Of a stretch of DNA of 64,000 nucleotides, positions 19,612 to 29,719 are shown one piece after another. Source of the stretch: Spirochaetaceae bacterium (GTDB lineage: Bacteria > Spirochaetota > Spirochaetia > DSM-2461); NCBI GenBank assembly GCA_965224705.1, contig OZ245056.1, positions 2,656,001-2,720,000 on the forward strand. Reading direction: 5' to 3'. The notes under the pieces are model-generated. The model was not told the origin of the DNA. It ran no database searches and saw only the letters and a program-made list of their open reading frames with translations. Within the stretch, counting starts at the first letter, position 1. Every line of letters begins with the position of its first letter. Made by a program: the position numbers and the translations under genes.

Positions 19612-19932
19612 ATGTATAAAATCTCATTCTATGTGCCCATTTCCGATGCAGAAAAGGTGAAAAACGCAATGTTTTCGGCCGGAGCCGGCATTATAGGCGA
19701 CTATGACAGGTGCTGCTGGGAGACGGCAGGTATTGGACAATTCAGACCACTGCAGGGCAGCCATCCTTCCGTTGGAACTCAAAACTCTGTTGAACGACTG
19801 GAAGAACTCAAAGTTGAAATGGTCTGCGACAGGGCCCACCTGAAGAACGCACTCAATGCGCTTATTAGCTCCCACCCATATGAGGAAGCAGCTTATGGTT
19901 TCTGGGAGATTGGGAATTTGGGGAGCATCTGA
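19612..19932 (+). CDS. NIF3-associated PII-like (YqfO-type) small protein
   Basis: AGAGIIGDYDRC, GQFRPL, HPYEE. Confidence 0.85.
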   Translation: MYKISFYVPISDAEKVKNAMFSAGAGIIGDYDRCCWETAGIGQFRPLQGSHPSVGTQNSVERLEELKVEMVCDRAHLKNALNALISSHPYEEAAYGFWEIGNLGSI

Positions 19933-19983
19933 AAGGATTCCCGGGCATTGGATTCCTGCGGCTTCACTGAAGCTTTCCAGCCT

Positions 19984-21297
19984 CTACTCCCTTAGATATG
20001 GAGCAAGGGCATTGTACCAGAAATTACTGCTGTCCAGGTAGATATCCATGGCATGATTCAACCTGTCTCCGGACAGGCTGAATTTTGTTTTTTCCGCATC
20101 CTCAAAAAGAAACTCTGTCTCCAGTGGCCGGGCACCATGTATAAGGGTAAGAATATCGATAACCCGCTGGGAATCCAGGGAATGGACATCGGAATAGACA
20201 ATTCTCTCGAAATCCGGGGATTCTTCCTCCGATAAATCCAGCACCTCCAGTTTGTCAAAATCTTCCAGGAACATTGCATAGAAAACAGGGGCGGAAAACA
20301 GAGCCTCAACCAGAGAACTGGCATCGTAACCTAAAATCTCAATGGCCAGTACCACGGCAAGATAATCGGAAACGTCTTCTTCCATGCCAACAAACTGAAG
20401 ATCAAAAATATCAATAAATGCATGTCCCAGTTCATGAAGGATTACATAGAATACACTGTCAATCAAAATTTCTTCATTTTCACTTGCCGAGTTCAGTTGT
20501 TTTTTTAAATTTCTGTATATGAAATCCATCAATTCATAGCCTATGGTAATATTCTGAGTATCCGGACTGTAATAGGCGTTTATTTCCTCGATTTCGGCGA
20601 AGGTGATGTAATGAACATTTTCGAAATACAGCATTCCATTGATCGCCTCTATCAACGAATCATAGGGAACTGATTCTATTAATGCCCTGTAGTACTTTTT
20701 CATTGCAGGATGAATCGGTTCTTCGTATTCCAGTACAAATTTTCCATCCGTTCCGGCCAATTCCCTGGCTCTGGCAAAATACTGGGTATAGGGGATTCCC
20801 TGCACCCGCATCAAGTAGGAAAGACTTCTATCCAGTTCACGAAGTATCTGGAGGTTTTTGAAAACCTGGAAATGCTCTTCCACAAGTTCCAGATCATCAT
20901 CGTCTGCATTTTCCCTGTAGTAATTCTCAGCCAGTTCCTTCAAGATCCTCATGTTTTCCTGAATTTCGGCTCCCAATGCTTGAAAGCTGTCCATATCAAT
21001 AGAAGATACATCCAGAATACCGTCTATGGTATCATCGACGGTCTTGTTGAGTACCTGAACCCGGTCATGGTTTAAACTGGCAAGAGCGGTGTTCAAGTCA
21101 TCATCATGAGTTACATAGAACGGTGTATTATCGATTTGCTGTCCTTCTATTCTGGGCACAATAATCTGCTGTTCCTGCTGATCTGAAAAATCTATAAACA
21201 TCACAGTCAGACCAATACCAAAGCACAGGATACAGATGAGCAGGAATCGGAGCAATTTCTTAATCGTACCTCGTTTGTTTTTTTCAGGATTCATCAT
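19984..21297 (-). CDS. membrane-anchored DUF4344-like putative metallopeptidase
   Basis: N-terminal TM; NAYYSP, HELGH, EEDVSD, HSLDSQR. Confidence 0.75.
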   Translation of the reverse strand: MMNPEKNKRGTIKKLLRFLLICILCFGIGLTVMFIDFSDQQEQQIIVPRIEGQQIDNTPFYVTHDDDLNTALASLNHDRVQVLNKTVDDTIDGILDVSSIDMDSFQALGAEIQENMRILKELAENYYRENADDDDLELVEEHFQVFKNLQILRELDRSLSYLMRVQGIPYTQYFARARELAGTDGKFVLEYEEPIHPAMKKYYRALIESVPYDSLIEAINGMLYFENVHYITFAEIEEINAYYSPDTQNITIGYELMDFIYRNLKKQLNSASENEEILIDSVFYVILHELGHAFIDIFDLQFVGMEEDVSDYLAVVLAIEILGYDASSLVEALFSAPVFYAMFLEDFDKLEVLDLSEEESPDFERIVYSDVHSLDSQRVIDILTLIHGARPLETEFLFEDAEKTKFSLSGDRLNHAMDIYLDSSNFWYNALAPYLRE

Positions 21298-22627
21298 TAT
21301 CTTCCTCGGGATAATTGAAATACGGCTCCACGGAATTGTACCAATAGTTACTTGCCCGCAGATAATTATTGGGAGATCTTATACTCGCAGTCGGGTAAAT
21401 CTTGTCGATTAAATAGTCATATTCATTGAGCACAGTATAGAGTGAAAACAAGTCGGCCCGATAGCCCACGAGCATGTCCAGAATTGAATAAAAACGTTGT
21501 TTACCCAGACGTAAGGAGTGGTCATAAGTATCATTGAAAATCAGCAGGCCCTGCTCGGAAGATTGGACCTCTTCGTCCTGTTTTCTTATTTCATGGATGC
21601 GGTAGAGGGCCTTGGCATACGGCATCACAGTTTTCTGAATCGTGCTCCAATCATAGCCAAAGACTTCAGCCGTCAAAATTACAGCCAGCTGATCGACTGT
21701 ATCCTCCATTTTTCCTGCATAAGGAATGGAAAAAATCTCATGAAAAGAATGGCCGAATTCCCGCAAGAGCACCATGGCGGTGATACGCATAATCTGATCC
21801 CTTACTTCACTCTCGGGCTTTAGTTCTGCATGGAAGATCTGCTCAATGTAGGCAATCTGTTCATAACTGATATTGATGGAATCGGTCGTCTGATCGTACA
21901 CCGGAATTTCAGTTTCGTCGTGCTCCAGAAACGTTACGAAATGCTCCTGATCCAGAAGAAATAGCTCATTGATTCGGTCAACAATTAATGGGAAGCTATC
22001 TTCCTGTGTTACCATATCGTAATAACGGTTGAGATCTGGTGTTTCCGGTTCCTGTATGCGCAGTACCCACCGTCCTTTTCCCGAAGGAACCCTGGCTGGT
22101 CGCTGAAAGAAGGTTTCCGTATCGTCTCCTGAAGCCAGCAGCCTGCGCGTGATTTTCCGATCCATGTCCCGGAGACGGTACAGCGTGAGGTAGTGATTCT
22201 TGTCCAGACGGACAAGTGCCCTGCCTTTAAAACCCTGAATATGCCGGTAAACAATCGATAACAGGGCCTCTACTTCATTCTTAAGATCCCGGAGCTTATC
22301 GACGTTCTCAGTCTCATATTCTCCTTCCTCATTGTAACGAACAATGAATCGGTGAACACGTTCGGTGATCTCTGTGTCAAAAAGATTGAGTTTTGTGTAG
22401 GGCTGTTTGGCCGGTTGATTAAGTGCTGTCAGAAGTTTTGACCGATCCAGCTTCAAGGTTTCTGAGATATAAGGTGATCCTACCCACATTTCCTGTTCAT
22501 AATCATAGTATTCCGGGTATTCGGGACTGAATACATGGGATCCGATCAGCAGGCCAAATGCAACAGTACCCAGCAGTACCAACAATTGAAAGAAAATCCG
22601 GATCCATTTCCACTTCTTGCTTTTCAT
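21284..22627 (-). CDS. paralogous DUF4344-like protein with degenerate HExxH
   Basis: N-terminal TM; REFGH, MEDTVD, KQRF align to the neighbour's motifs. Confidence 0.7.
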   Translation of the reverse strand: MKSKKWKWIRIFFQLLVLLGTVAFGLLIGSHVFSPEYPEYYDYEQEMWVGSPYISETLKLDRSKLLTALNQPAKQPYTKLNLFDTEITERVHRFIVRYNEEGEYETENVDKLRDLKNEVEALLSIVYRHIQGFKGRALVRLDKNHYLTLYRLRDMDRKITRRLLASGDDTETFFQRPARVPSGKGRWVLRIQEPETPDLNRYYDMVTQEDSFPLIVDRINELFLLDQEHFVTFLEHDETEIPVYDQTTDSINISYEQIAYIEQIFHAELKPESEVRDQIMRITAMVLLREFGHSFHEIFSIPYAGKMEDTVDQLAVILTAEVFGYDWSTIQKTVMPYAKALYRIHEIRKQDEEVQSSEQGLLIFNDTYDHSLRLGKQRFYSILDMLVGYRADLFSLYTVLNEYDYLIDKIYPTASIRSPNNYLRASNYWYNSVEPYFNYPEEDNDES

Positions 22628-22739
22628 AATCAGCTTTCCTTATTCTGTTCCCGGCGGTTATGACAGTAATGGCAATTTGACATTTCCATCATGCAGACAC
22701 AATATTTCACTACATGCCTTGTTTCAAGTATCATGAGAC

Positions 22740-23654
22740 TCAGCATCCCTGCAATGAGCATACCCTGCCTATTTCAGGGTTCACTGCTGATGGGAACTTC
22801 AGTGTTACATCGGCAGCCGCTGCTGCAATTTTCAGGGTTTGTTCTATGGAGAGGTGCATGATTTCACTGTAGACGAGTCCAGCCATAAAAGCATCCCCGG
22901 CACCGGTGGCCGAAATGGGTTTGATTTTTTCAAATCTGTGACAGCCCTCCCTGGATTTCCTGTTCCAGTAGACACCCCGGGCACCCATTGTTATGAAGAG
23001 GCTGTTCAATCCTCTGTCAATCAGCATCCGGCCCGCCCTGGCCGCACTATCCTGATTATGAATTGAGATACCTGTCAGGACTTCGGCTTCCAGAGCATTG
23101 AGTTTCAGGGTATGAATGCGGCTAAGAATATTGACAAGTTTTCCGGCCTTGGCGGCTGATACGGGATCAACAAATAATGGTACTGAGTGAAATTCCCCTG
23201 CCAGATACTCCAGTGTGGTTTGCGGTAGATTTCCATCCATCACCAGGACTGCCGCAGCTGCAAGCAGGGAGTGTTTTCTCCCCAGTTCCGACGGGGTAAT
23301 GCGAGAAACAGCTTCCATATCGGAGAGTGCCAGGACCATGTCACCATCTTCATCAGTAACAGCAATGTACTGCGGCAATGCTGCTCCGGGAACAGTAATG
23401 CTGTGGGACATGCCCACTCCGGCACTTTTACATTGTTCCTGAACAAGACGGCTGGGAGAATCATCGCCTGTAACGCATATCAGCTCGGTTCGGATACCCA
23501 TCCTGGCAAGGTTCTCGGCAATGTTGCGTCCTACTCCGCCGGCGTTCATGCGAATACATCCCGGATTGGAATCCTTCATCTTCAGTGCTTGAGACGCAAG
23601 GCCAATGGTATCCAGAGCCGCCGCACCGACAACGATCACCGGGGGTTGCTTCAC
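22740..23654 (-). CDS. psuK: PfkB-family kinase, likely pseudouridine kinase
   Basis: DSNPG, GGVGRNIAENL, ATGAGDAF; adjacent to psuG. Confidence 0.8.
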   Translation of the reverse strand: MKQPPVIVVGAAALDTIGLASQALKMKDSNPGCIRMNAGGVGRNIAENLARMGIRTELICVTGDDSPSRLVQEQCKSAGVGMSHSITVPGAALPQYIAVTDEDGDMVLALSDMEAVSRITPSELGRKHSLLAAAAVLVMDGNLPQTTLEYLAGEFHSVPLFVDPVSAAKAGKLVNILSRIHTLKLNALEAEVLTGISIHNQDSAARAGRMLIDRGLNSLFITMGARGVYWNRKSREGCHRFEKIKPISATGAGDAFMAGLVYSEIMHLSIEQTLKIAAAAADVTLKFPSAVNPEIGRVCSLQGC

Positions 23655-24593
23655 TTAGTTTTCCTCTGGATTTCTTCGTAATGCTTCATAGGCTGCTGCG
23701 ATTCTGGCTCCCAGACGGACATTGTTTTCCACCAGAGCGATATTGGCTTCCAGGCTTTTCCCGTCGGTCAATTCAGCTACCCGGGCAAGGAGATAGGGGG
23801 TAAGCCCTTTACCCGTTATACCCTGGACAGCAGCATCCTGGACTGCCGTTTTGACAGCTGCATTAATCTGCCGACTGTCCATACCACGATCTGCCGGAAC
23901 TGGCTGGGCAATAAGAAGACCGCCGCCTATGCCCAGCGACCATTTCGCCAGCATAACAGCTGCCGCCGCCTCAGGGGTATCAAGGCGTTGATCTACCCCA
24001 AAGCCGCTGTCCACCGAGTAGAAGGCCGGCATCCTGTCTGTACCAAAACCCAGGACCGGGACTCCCCGTGATTCAAGGCATTCCAGGGTAAGCCCGATGT
24101 CGAGGATGGATTTTATTCCGGCACAGATAACAGCCACGTCAGTACGAGCCAGTTCGTCAATATCGGCTGATATATCGAAGCTTTCCTGAGCCCCCCGATG
24201 GACTCCACCGATGCCGCCGGTTGCAAAGACCCGGATGCCCGCTATCGCGGCAATAATCATGGTGCCTGCCACCGTCGTTGCCCCATCCTTTCCGCTGGAA
24301 ACAAGAATGGGGATATCTCGTCGACTGGCCTTGGCCGTCTTATTGCCTGATCGGCCAAGCTTTTCTATTTCATCGATAGTCAGGCCTGCAGCGGGGCGGC
24401 CTTCCAATATTGCCATGGTGGCGGGAATCACACCGTTACTCCGCACAATGCGTTCCATGCGCAATGCTGTTTCCACATTGGTGGGCCAGGGCATTCCATG
24501 TGTGATAATCGTGGATTCCAGTGCCAGCACCGGTTTGTTGGATGCCAGGGCGTCAGCTACTTCGGGGGTCGTTCTTACAGTTATATTGTTCAT
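23655..24593 (-). CDS. psuG: pseudouridine-5'-phosphate glycosidase
   Basis: ALESTIITHGMP, ATTVAGTM, TGGIGGVHRG, FDISAD, TPYLL. Confidence 0.95.
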   Translation of the reverse strand: MNNITVRTTPEVADALASNKPVLALESTIITHGMPWPTNVETALRMERIVRSNGVIPATMAILEGRPAAGLTIDEIEKLGRSGNKTAKASRRDIPILVSSGKDGATTVAGTMIIAAIAGIRVFATGGIGGVHRGAQESFDISADIDELARTDVAVICAGIKSILDIGLTLECLESRGVPVLGFGTDRMPAFYSVDSGFGVDQRLDTPEAAAAVMLAKWSLGIGGGLLIAQPVPADRGMDSRQINAAVKTAVQDAAVQGITGKGLTPYLLARVAELTDGKSLEANIALVENNVRLGARIAAAYEALRRNPEEN

Positions 24594-24613
24594 CGATATA
24601 ATTTAAATTGTGA

Positions 24614-24724
24614 GTGTCAGAAAGCTTGTTGAACTCTCATTACTTCCAGTAATTGCAAGGTTCTAAGTCATCAAAACAGCCGTATTAAAGAAATACTTTT
24701 CTAATTTAACAAGCTTTCTGACAC
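24614..24724. repeat. ~111-bp element bounded by a 17-bp perfect inverted repeat (MITE/IS remnant)
   Basis: gtgtcagaaagcttgtt (24614-24630) and aacaagctttctgacac (24708-24724). Confidence 0.7.
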
Positions 24725-24891
24725 CTGTAATACCTCCGCAAATATGTTCAGTTTTTCAGAGAATCAGGCACATTGACACAGCCGATTTATGACCGGAACT
24801 GCTGCAGCAATACCCGGTATTTTCTCCTTTCTCTCTGAGATTTGATTCAATCATAATCTGTTTTGGAAACAGCGCCAAGTATTGCATTCTT

Positions 24892-25668
24892 TTACTCGCG
24901 GAACTGGATGTGAGGTTGAGACCCGGTTTGATGTAATGGAGAGGATGAATAAATCCCCATCTGTTCAAGCACAAGTCCCACCCCCACCAGGCAGGCTGTT
25001 TCCGTTCGCAGAATTCTTCTTCCAAGCTGAATCAAGGTGAATCCAGTTCCTTCCAGAATTTCTCTCTCCCTGTCAGACCATCCCCGTTCCGGCCCAACGG
25101 CAAGAACAACCTGACGGAAATCTGCCGCCATCCCGGAGAGGGACATGGCCTTCTGACTGTTATCCAGGGCAATGAGCCGGATGTTCCTTCCCTTCGGCAG
25201 CACGTTCAGTGAACTGTTAAGATTTTTTCTGATAATGACCGATGGAAGGTGGGTGACGGCACCCTGCATGGCTCCTTCAAGAAGGGCAGACCGATACAGT
25301 TCATCCCGCCACAGCCTGGAGGAAAGATAGGACTTCTCATTGAGATCCGTTGAGCAGAGAATGATTTCCCTCACTCCCAAAGTACTCAAATCCTTCAGTA
25401 ATCGACGGGCCACTGGCGGTCTGGGACATCCTAAAAGAACTGTAACAGGGTAAGTGCCTGTTGAATCCCGTACAGGATTGAATCGAATTCTCCACCTGTT
25501 CATCTTCCGGGATATCAACGATGCATAGCCAACCTGCCCGCCGACAATGCCGGCCAGAAACTCATCGTCCACATTTAATTTCAGTATTTTCATAATATGA
25601 ACCATTCTGACATCATCACAGGGAATCCCATCAGCCAATTCATCTTCATCAAACAGAATAAGATTCAT
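24892..25668 (-). CDS. rsmE: 16S rRNA m3U1498 methyltransferase
   Basis: AVGPERGWS, LGRRILRTETA. Confidence 0.9.
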   Translation of the reverse strand: MNLILFDEDELADGIPCDDVRMVHIMKILKLNVDDEFLAGIVGGQVGYASLISRKMNRWRIRFNPVRDSTGTYPVTVLLGCPRPPVARRLLKDLSTLGVREIILCSTDLNEKSYLSSRLWRDELYRSALLEGAMQGAVTHLPSVIIRKNLNSSLNVLPKGRNIRLIALDNSQKAMSLSGMAADFRQVVLAVGPERGWSDREREILEGTGFTLIQLGRRILRTETACLVGVGLVLEQMGIYSSSPLHQTGSQPHIQFRE

Positions 25669-26162
25669 CAGGTACGGTGATCAGTGTATGACTGAACTTC
25701 ATCATGCACAAATGTCACATGGATGCCTGCCTGGGCAAAGAGTTCTTCAGATTCCACACCGGCCTGGTACTTGCGTTCACACAGAACACGGGTAACACCG
25801 CAGGAAATGATTAACATGGCACAGGTGCGGCAGGGGGTCATTCTACAGTAGAGAGTTGCACCATCGAGGGAAACTCCCCGTCTGGCGGCCTGGCAGATAG
25901 CATTCTGCTCGGCATGGACAGTTCGGACACAGTGCTGTTTTTCAACCCCATCGCTGTGAAGAACGGTGTTGTACAGATGGCCTGCTTCATCACAGTGGGG
26001 CAGGCCCGGAGGGGCTCCCACATATCCGGATGCAAGAATTTGACGGTCTTTCACAATGACACAACCGCTGCGGCCTCTGTCGCAGGTTGCCCTCTTTGCG
26101 ATGGCGTTGGCCACCTGCATGAAGTATTCATCCCATGACGGGCGTCTATGAGTGCTTTTCAA
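25668..26162 (-). CDS. dCMP deaminase family (ComEB-like)
   Basis: RPSWDEYFM, HAEQNAI, PCRTC. Confidence 0.9.
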   Translation of the reverse strand: MKSTHRRPSWDEYFMQVANAIAKRATCDRGRSGCVIVKDRQILASGYVGAPPGLPHCDEAGHLYNTVLHSDGVEKQHCVRTVHAEQNAICQAARRGVSLDGATLYCRMTPCRTCAMLIISCGVTRVLCERKYQAGVESEELFAQAGIHVTFVHDEVQSYTDHRT

Positions 26163-26201
26163 AGGCTTCCCTCCTTTTTCCTGACACTATATCATGCTTA
26201 C

Positions 26202-26570
26202 ATGGAAGGTGACCTTCTACGGACATGGAAAAGATCAAAAAAGGAGAGGGGCTGGAATAATTACGGCGATATTGCGGCAGATCTTCGGGAGAAATTGTAC
26301 CGAATCGCTCCGATTCCACGAAATATGGCCGTAGAACTGGCCGACTACTTCCTGCCCGGTCCCATTGATGAAGATTCCATCTATCGATTGGAAGAAGTAC
26401 TGGATATCATCGCCGGGCAGTGGAATGCGGAAAACAGTCTGTTGAACGATTCTGATTATGAATTCATCAAGGACCTCGCCAATGCCTGGGCACTGGAATT
26501 GGATATAGGCGTGCTGAATCAGATCATGCAGGTGATTGTAGAGATGGGAGGTTTTTCCAGCAATTCCTGA
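26202..26570 (+). CDS. hypothetical protein
   Basis: Acidic ORF co-oriented with the cbi genes; no motif recognised. Confidence 0.6.
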   Translation: MEGDLLRTWKRSKKERGWNNYGDIAADLREKLYRIAPIPRNMAVELADYFLPGPIDEDSIYRLEEVLDIIAGQWNAENSLLNDSDYEFIKDLANAWALELDIGVLNQIMQVIVEMGGFSSNS

Positions 26571-26589
26571 GGGAACTCCAGAGGATGTT

Positions 26590-27342
26590 ATGAAAGTCTA
26601 TTTTGTTGGTGCCGGGCCTGGTGATCCAGACCTGATTACGGTTAAGGGCCGTAATCTACTTGAACAGGCAGATGTTGTTATATATACAGGGAGTCTAGTT
26701 TCCTCCAGGCTCCTGGAATACTGTGATCCCGATGCTGAGTTGATGGATTCGGCCGGCATGAATCTGAATGAAGTAGCCCATGTCTACCAGAAGAAGAAGG
26801 AGGCAGAGGGTATCATTGTCCGCCTGCATACTGGTGATCCATCCGTATACGGAGCCATTCAGGAACAAATTGACCTGCTCAATTCCTGGGATATCCCCTT
26901 TCTCATCGTCCCCGGAGTTTCATCCTTTCAGGCAGCTTCTGCGGCTCTGGAGAAGCAGTTTACTCTGCCGGGAGTGAGTCAGACTGTTATCCTCACCCGG
27001 GTGGAAGGACGTACCGCAGTTCCTGAATCCGAACGCCTGGAAGTTCTGGCGGAAAGCCATGCCACTCTTGTCATCTTCCTGTCTGTGGATAGGGCCGGAG
27101 ATATTCAGAGGCGTCTGACTCCCATCCTTGGCCCTGACATCCCGGTGGCCGTGGTGTATCGGGTAAGTTGGGATGATCAAAAAACAATAACAGGCCGATT
27201 AGGCAATCTTGAGACGATGGTCAGGGATTCCAATATTACCAGACATGCCCTGATTATTGTCGGTCAGGTTCTCAACTCGGAATATGAGAAATCGAAACTC
27301 TACGATGCCGCCTTCAGCCATGGATACCGCCGAGCAGAATGA
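26590..27342 (+). CDS. cbiF: cobalt-precorrin-4 C11-methyltransferase
   Basis: GAGPGDPDLIT, RLHTGDPSVYGAIQEQ, SKLYDAAFSH. Confidence 0.92.
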   Translation: MKVYFVGAGPGDPDLITVKGRNLLEQADVVIYTGSLVSSRLLEYCDPDAELMDSAGMNLNEVAHVYQKKKEAEGIIVRLHTGDPSVYGAIQEQIDLLNSWDIPFLIVPGVSSFQAASAALEKQFTLPGVSQTVILTRVEGRTAVPESERLEVLAESHATLVIFLSVDRAGDIQRRLTPILGPDIPVAVVYRVSWDDQKTITGRLGNLETMVRDSNITRHALIIVGQVLNSEYEKSKLYDAAFSHGYRRAE

Positions 27343-28085
27343 TTGCCCTGAGTTTCATTACAGAGAATGGCCGACAGACGGCCGAAGAGCTTCTCAAACG
27401 GCTCCCCCGGAGTCAAATAGTTGATCTTCGAGGCAGGGGACAACTCCGCAAATGGGTTGAAATCCATTTCCATACATTCAGCGGCCATGTGTTCATTATG
27501 TCTCTTGGAATTGTGTACCGAATGATTGCCCCATTCATTAACAGTAAATACACCGATCCAGCTGTGGTGGTTGTGGATGATGCACGCCGCTATGCCATTG
27601 CGGCTTTGAGCGGCCATGAGGGGGGTGCCAATGTACTGGCCTGGAAGGTGGCGAGTCTGCTTGACTGTGAACCCGTCATCACAACAGCCTCCGACAGTAA
27701 TCGTCGGATTACAATGGGTGTGGGCTGCCGCCGAGGAATTTCCTCAAAAACAGTGGAAAAAGTAGTTCGAGAAGTTCTTGACAGGAACAATATAGGGATT
27801 GGTGAAGTGCGTATTGCCGGAAGTGTCGATATCAAAAATGGAGAATCAGGTTTGATTGATGCCTTTGAGACCATGGGTATCCCACTCGTATTTCTACACT
27901 CAAACCGCATAAGAACTTTCTCAGGGAGTTCCAGTATCTCAGAGCCTGCCTGGAAGCATCTTGGATTGCCCGGTGTGAGTGAACCATGTGCCCTATTGTT
28001 GGGAAGAAGGGCGGTACTTGTGCAGTCAAAAATTGCCGTTGATGGTGTTACCATCGCTTTAGCCAGGGAGGATGAACAGGTATGA
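27339..28085 (+). CDS. cbiG: cobalt-precorrin-5A hydrolase (compact form)
   Basis: KYTDPAVVVVD, LSGHEGGAN, PVITTAS, GVGCRRG, GVSEP. Confidence 0.88.
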   Translation: MIALSFITENGRQTAEELLKRLPRSQIVDLRGRGQLRKWVEIHFHTFSGHVFIMSLGIVYRMIAPFINSKYTDPAVVVVDDARRYAIAALSGHEGGANVLAWKVASLLDCEPVITTASDSNRRITMGVGCRRGISSKTVEKVVREVLDRNNIGIGEVRIAGSVDIKNGESGLIDAFETMGIPLVFLHSNRIRTFSGSSSISEPAWKHLGLPGVSEPCALLLGRRAVLVQSKIAVDGVTIALAREDEQV

Positions 28086-28840
28086 AAGGAACCATGAGTG
28101 TCGCCGGGACAGGACCGGGCAATCTAGGGAATCTCACCCCAATGGCACAGGAAAAAATCAGATCAGCCGAAGTGGTCGCAGGGTACGGTGGTTATCTTGA
28201 GCTGATCAGTCCCCTTCTCAAAGGTAAAACAATCATCTCAAGTGGTATGCGAAAGGAAGTGGAACGCTGCAGTGAGGCATTGGAGCAGTACCGGCAGGGC
28301 AGGCATGTTGTTCTGGTTTCAGGCGGGGATGCCGGGGTGTACGGTTTAGCTGGACTGGTACTGGAACTGATGAGTCCGGACGAACAAAGAGATCTTATTG
28401 TGGTGCCGGGCATTACTTCAGCGACAGCCTGTGCGGCTCTGCTGGGAGCTCCACTCGTCCATGATTTTGCCGTCATATCCCTCAGCGACCTTCTTACCGA
28501 AGTCAATCTCATCGAGAAACGCCTTCGACTGGCGGCTGAAGGAGATTTTGTAGCGGTCATATACAACCCGAAGAGTCTGAAACGTCATCGACTTTTTCAA
28601 TTGACTTCTGAAATATTTCTTCAGCATCGTCAACCTGAAACTCCGGTAGGTTTAGTTCAAAACGCCTACAGGAATGCTCAGAGGGTAGAGATTACTTCTC
28701 TACAGTACCTTGGAAATCAGAACTGGGTGGATATGAAAACAACTTTGATTATCGGCAGCAGTCAAACCAGGGTGAGCGGAAACAGAATGATAACTCCAAG
28801 GGGGTATTCTCTCAGGGCAATCGCATCTAAAATCCACTAG
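28082..28840 (+). CDS. cbiH: precorrin-3B C17-methyltransferase; last codons supplied by a MITE
   Basis: VSGGDAGVYG, GAPLVHDFAVISLSDLLT, YNPKS, MITPRGY. Confidence 0.92.
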   Translation: MKGTMSVAGTGPGNLGNLTPMAQEKIRSAEVVAGYGGYLELISPLLKGKTIISSGMRKEVERCSEALEQYRQGRHVVLVSGGDAGVYGLAGLVLELMSPDEQRDLIVVPGITSATACAALLGAPLVHDFAVISLSDLLTEVNLIEKRLRLAAEGDFVAVIYNPKSLKRHRLFQLTSEIFLQHRQPETPVGLVQNAYRNAQRVEITSLQYLGNQNWVDMKTTLIIGSSQTRVSGNRMITPRGYSLRAIASKIH

Positions 28841-29375
28841 CCAGAGTGTTCTTCAAAGCCTTATTCATGGGTTTTTAACCGCAGAGGACGCAGAGAGCGC
28901 AGAGTGTTCAAGATAAATGTTGACCAATCTGTTTATGCTATAGAGACGAAAAAACCCGGACTAAAGTAAGACTTTTTCTCCATTTTTGGGCGTTTTGCCC
29001 AAAATGTGGGTGCGTCCATGCGCCCACGGGCAGCTCTAAGCGGTTTTAAGAGCTGCCCTATATCTCTCTGCGTACCTCTGCGTTCTCTGCGGTTTAATGC
29101 CGCTTTGAGGAGATTCCACATTCTTTGAGACACTAGGAGTCTGTCGGATTTACGTCTCACGGCTCGATTTTTGCCCTTTTTCCCTGCTGCTGCGTTGCTA
29201 AAACACTCACGTAGCCCAGCTACGCTCCGTTTTTGTCGCCTTGCATCAGGAAAAAATCATCAAAAATCGCCTCAAAGCCTTAAAATCCGACAGACTCCTA
29301 GATAAAAATTTCCATTGACCTCGAAAATCAGTGTTTTTCATTCTTTTTGGGACAGAATTAGATGCAATTACCCTG
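28813..29375. mobile_element. ISAs1-derived MITE, copy 2, with nested family-B element
   Basis: Perfect 10-bp TSD ggtattctct (28803-28812, 29376-29385); 398 bp + 165-bp insert. Confidence 0.93.
29137..29297. mobile_element. 161-bp palindromic MITE family B (full form)
   Basis: TIR gagtctgtcggattt / aaatccgacagactc, CTAG on both sides; absent from MITE copy 1. Confidence 0.93.
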
Positions 29376-29430
29376 GGTATTCTCTGGACAAAGCAATGCG
29401 AATGTGCTAATCGTTGTAAATCTGTTCAAC

Positions 29431-29606
29431 CCCACAGTGCCCGGGATTAGTAATTGAGAATTACGGATTCGGGTTAAAAGGGAATCCGGTGCAAATCCGG
29501 AACGATCCCGTCACTGTAATTGGATTATCCACCATGAATGTCACTGTTCCATTGGAATGGGAAGGCGGTGGATGTTAATCATAAGTCAGGAAACCTGCTG
29601 TATGGG
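29431..29606 (+). promoter_or_regulatory. cobalamin riboswitch
   Basis: AAAAGGGAAtccggtgcaaatccgg, cccgtcactgtaa, gtcactg...gggaaggc, agtcaggaaacctgc; upstream of cbiK/btu genes. Confidence 0.92.
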
Positions 29607-29719
29607 TCCCACAGATAACACTCTTCGAGGAGAGAGTCGTTATCACGGATGCCATTCCGTCGTCGATTATCTCCTCCAATTCATTGGAGGTATCGGGTTG
29701 ATATCAGCCTGTCGTATTT

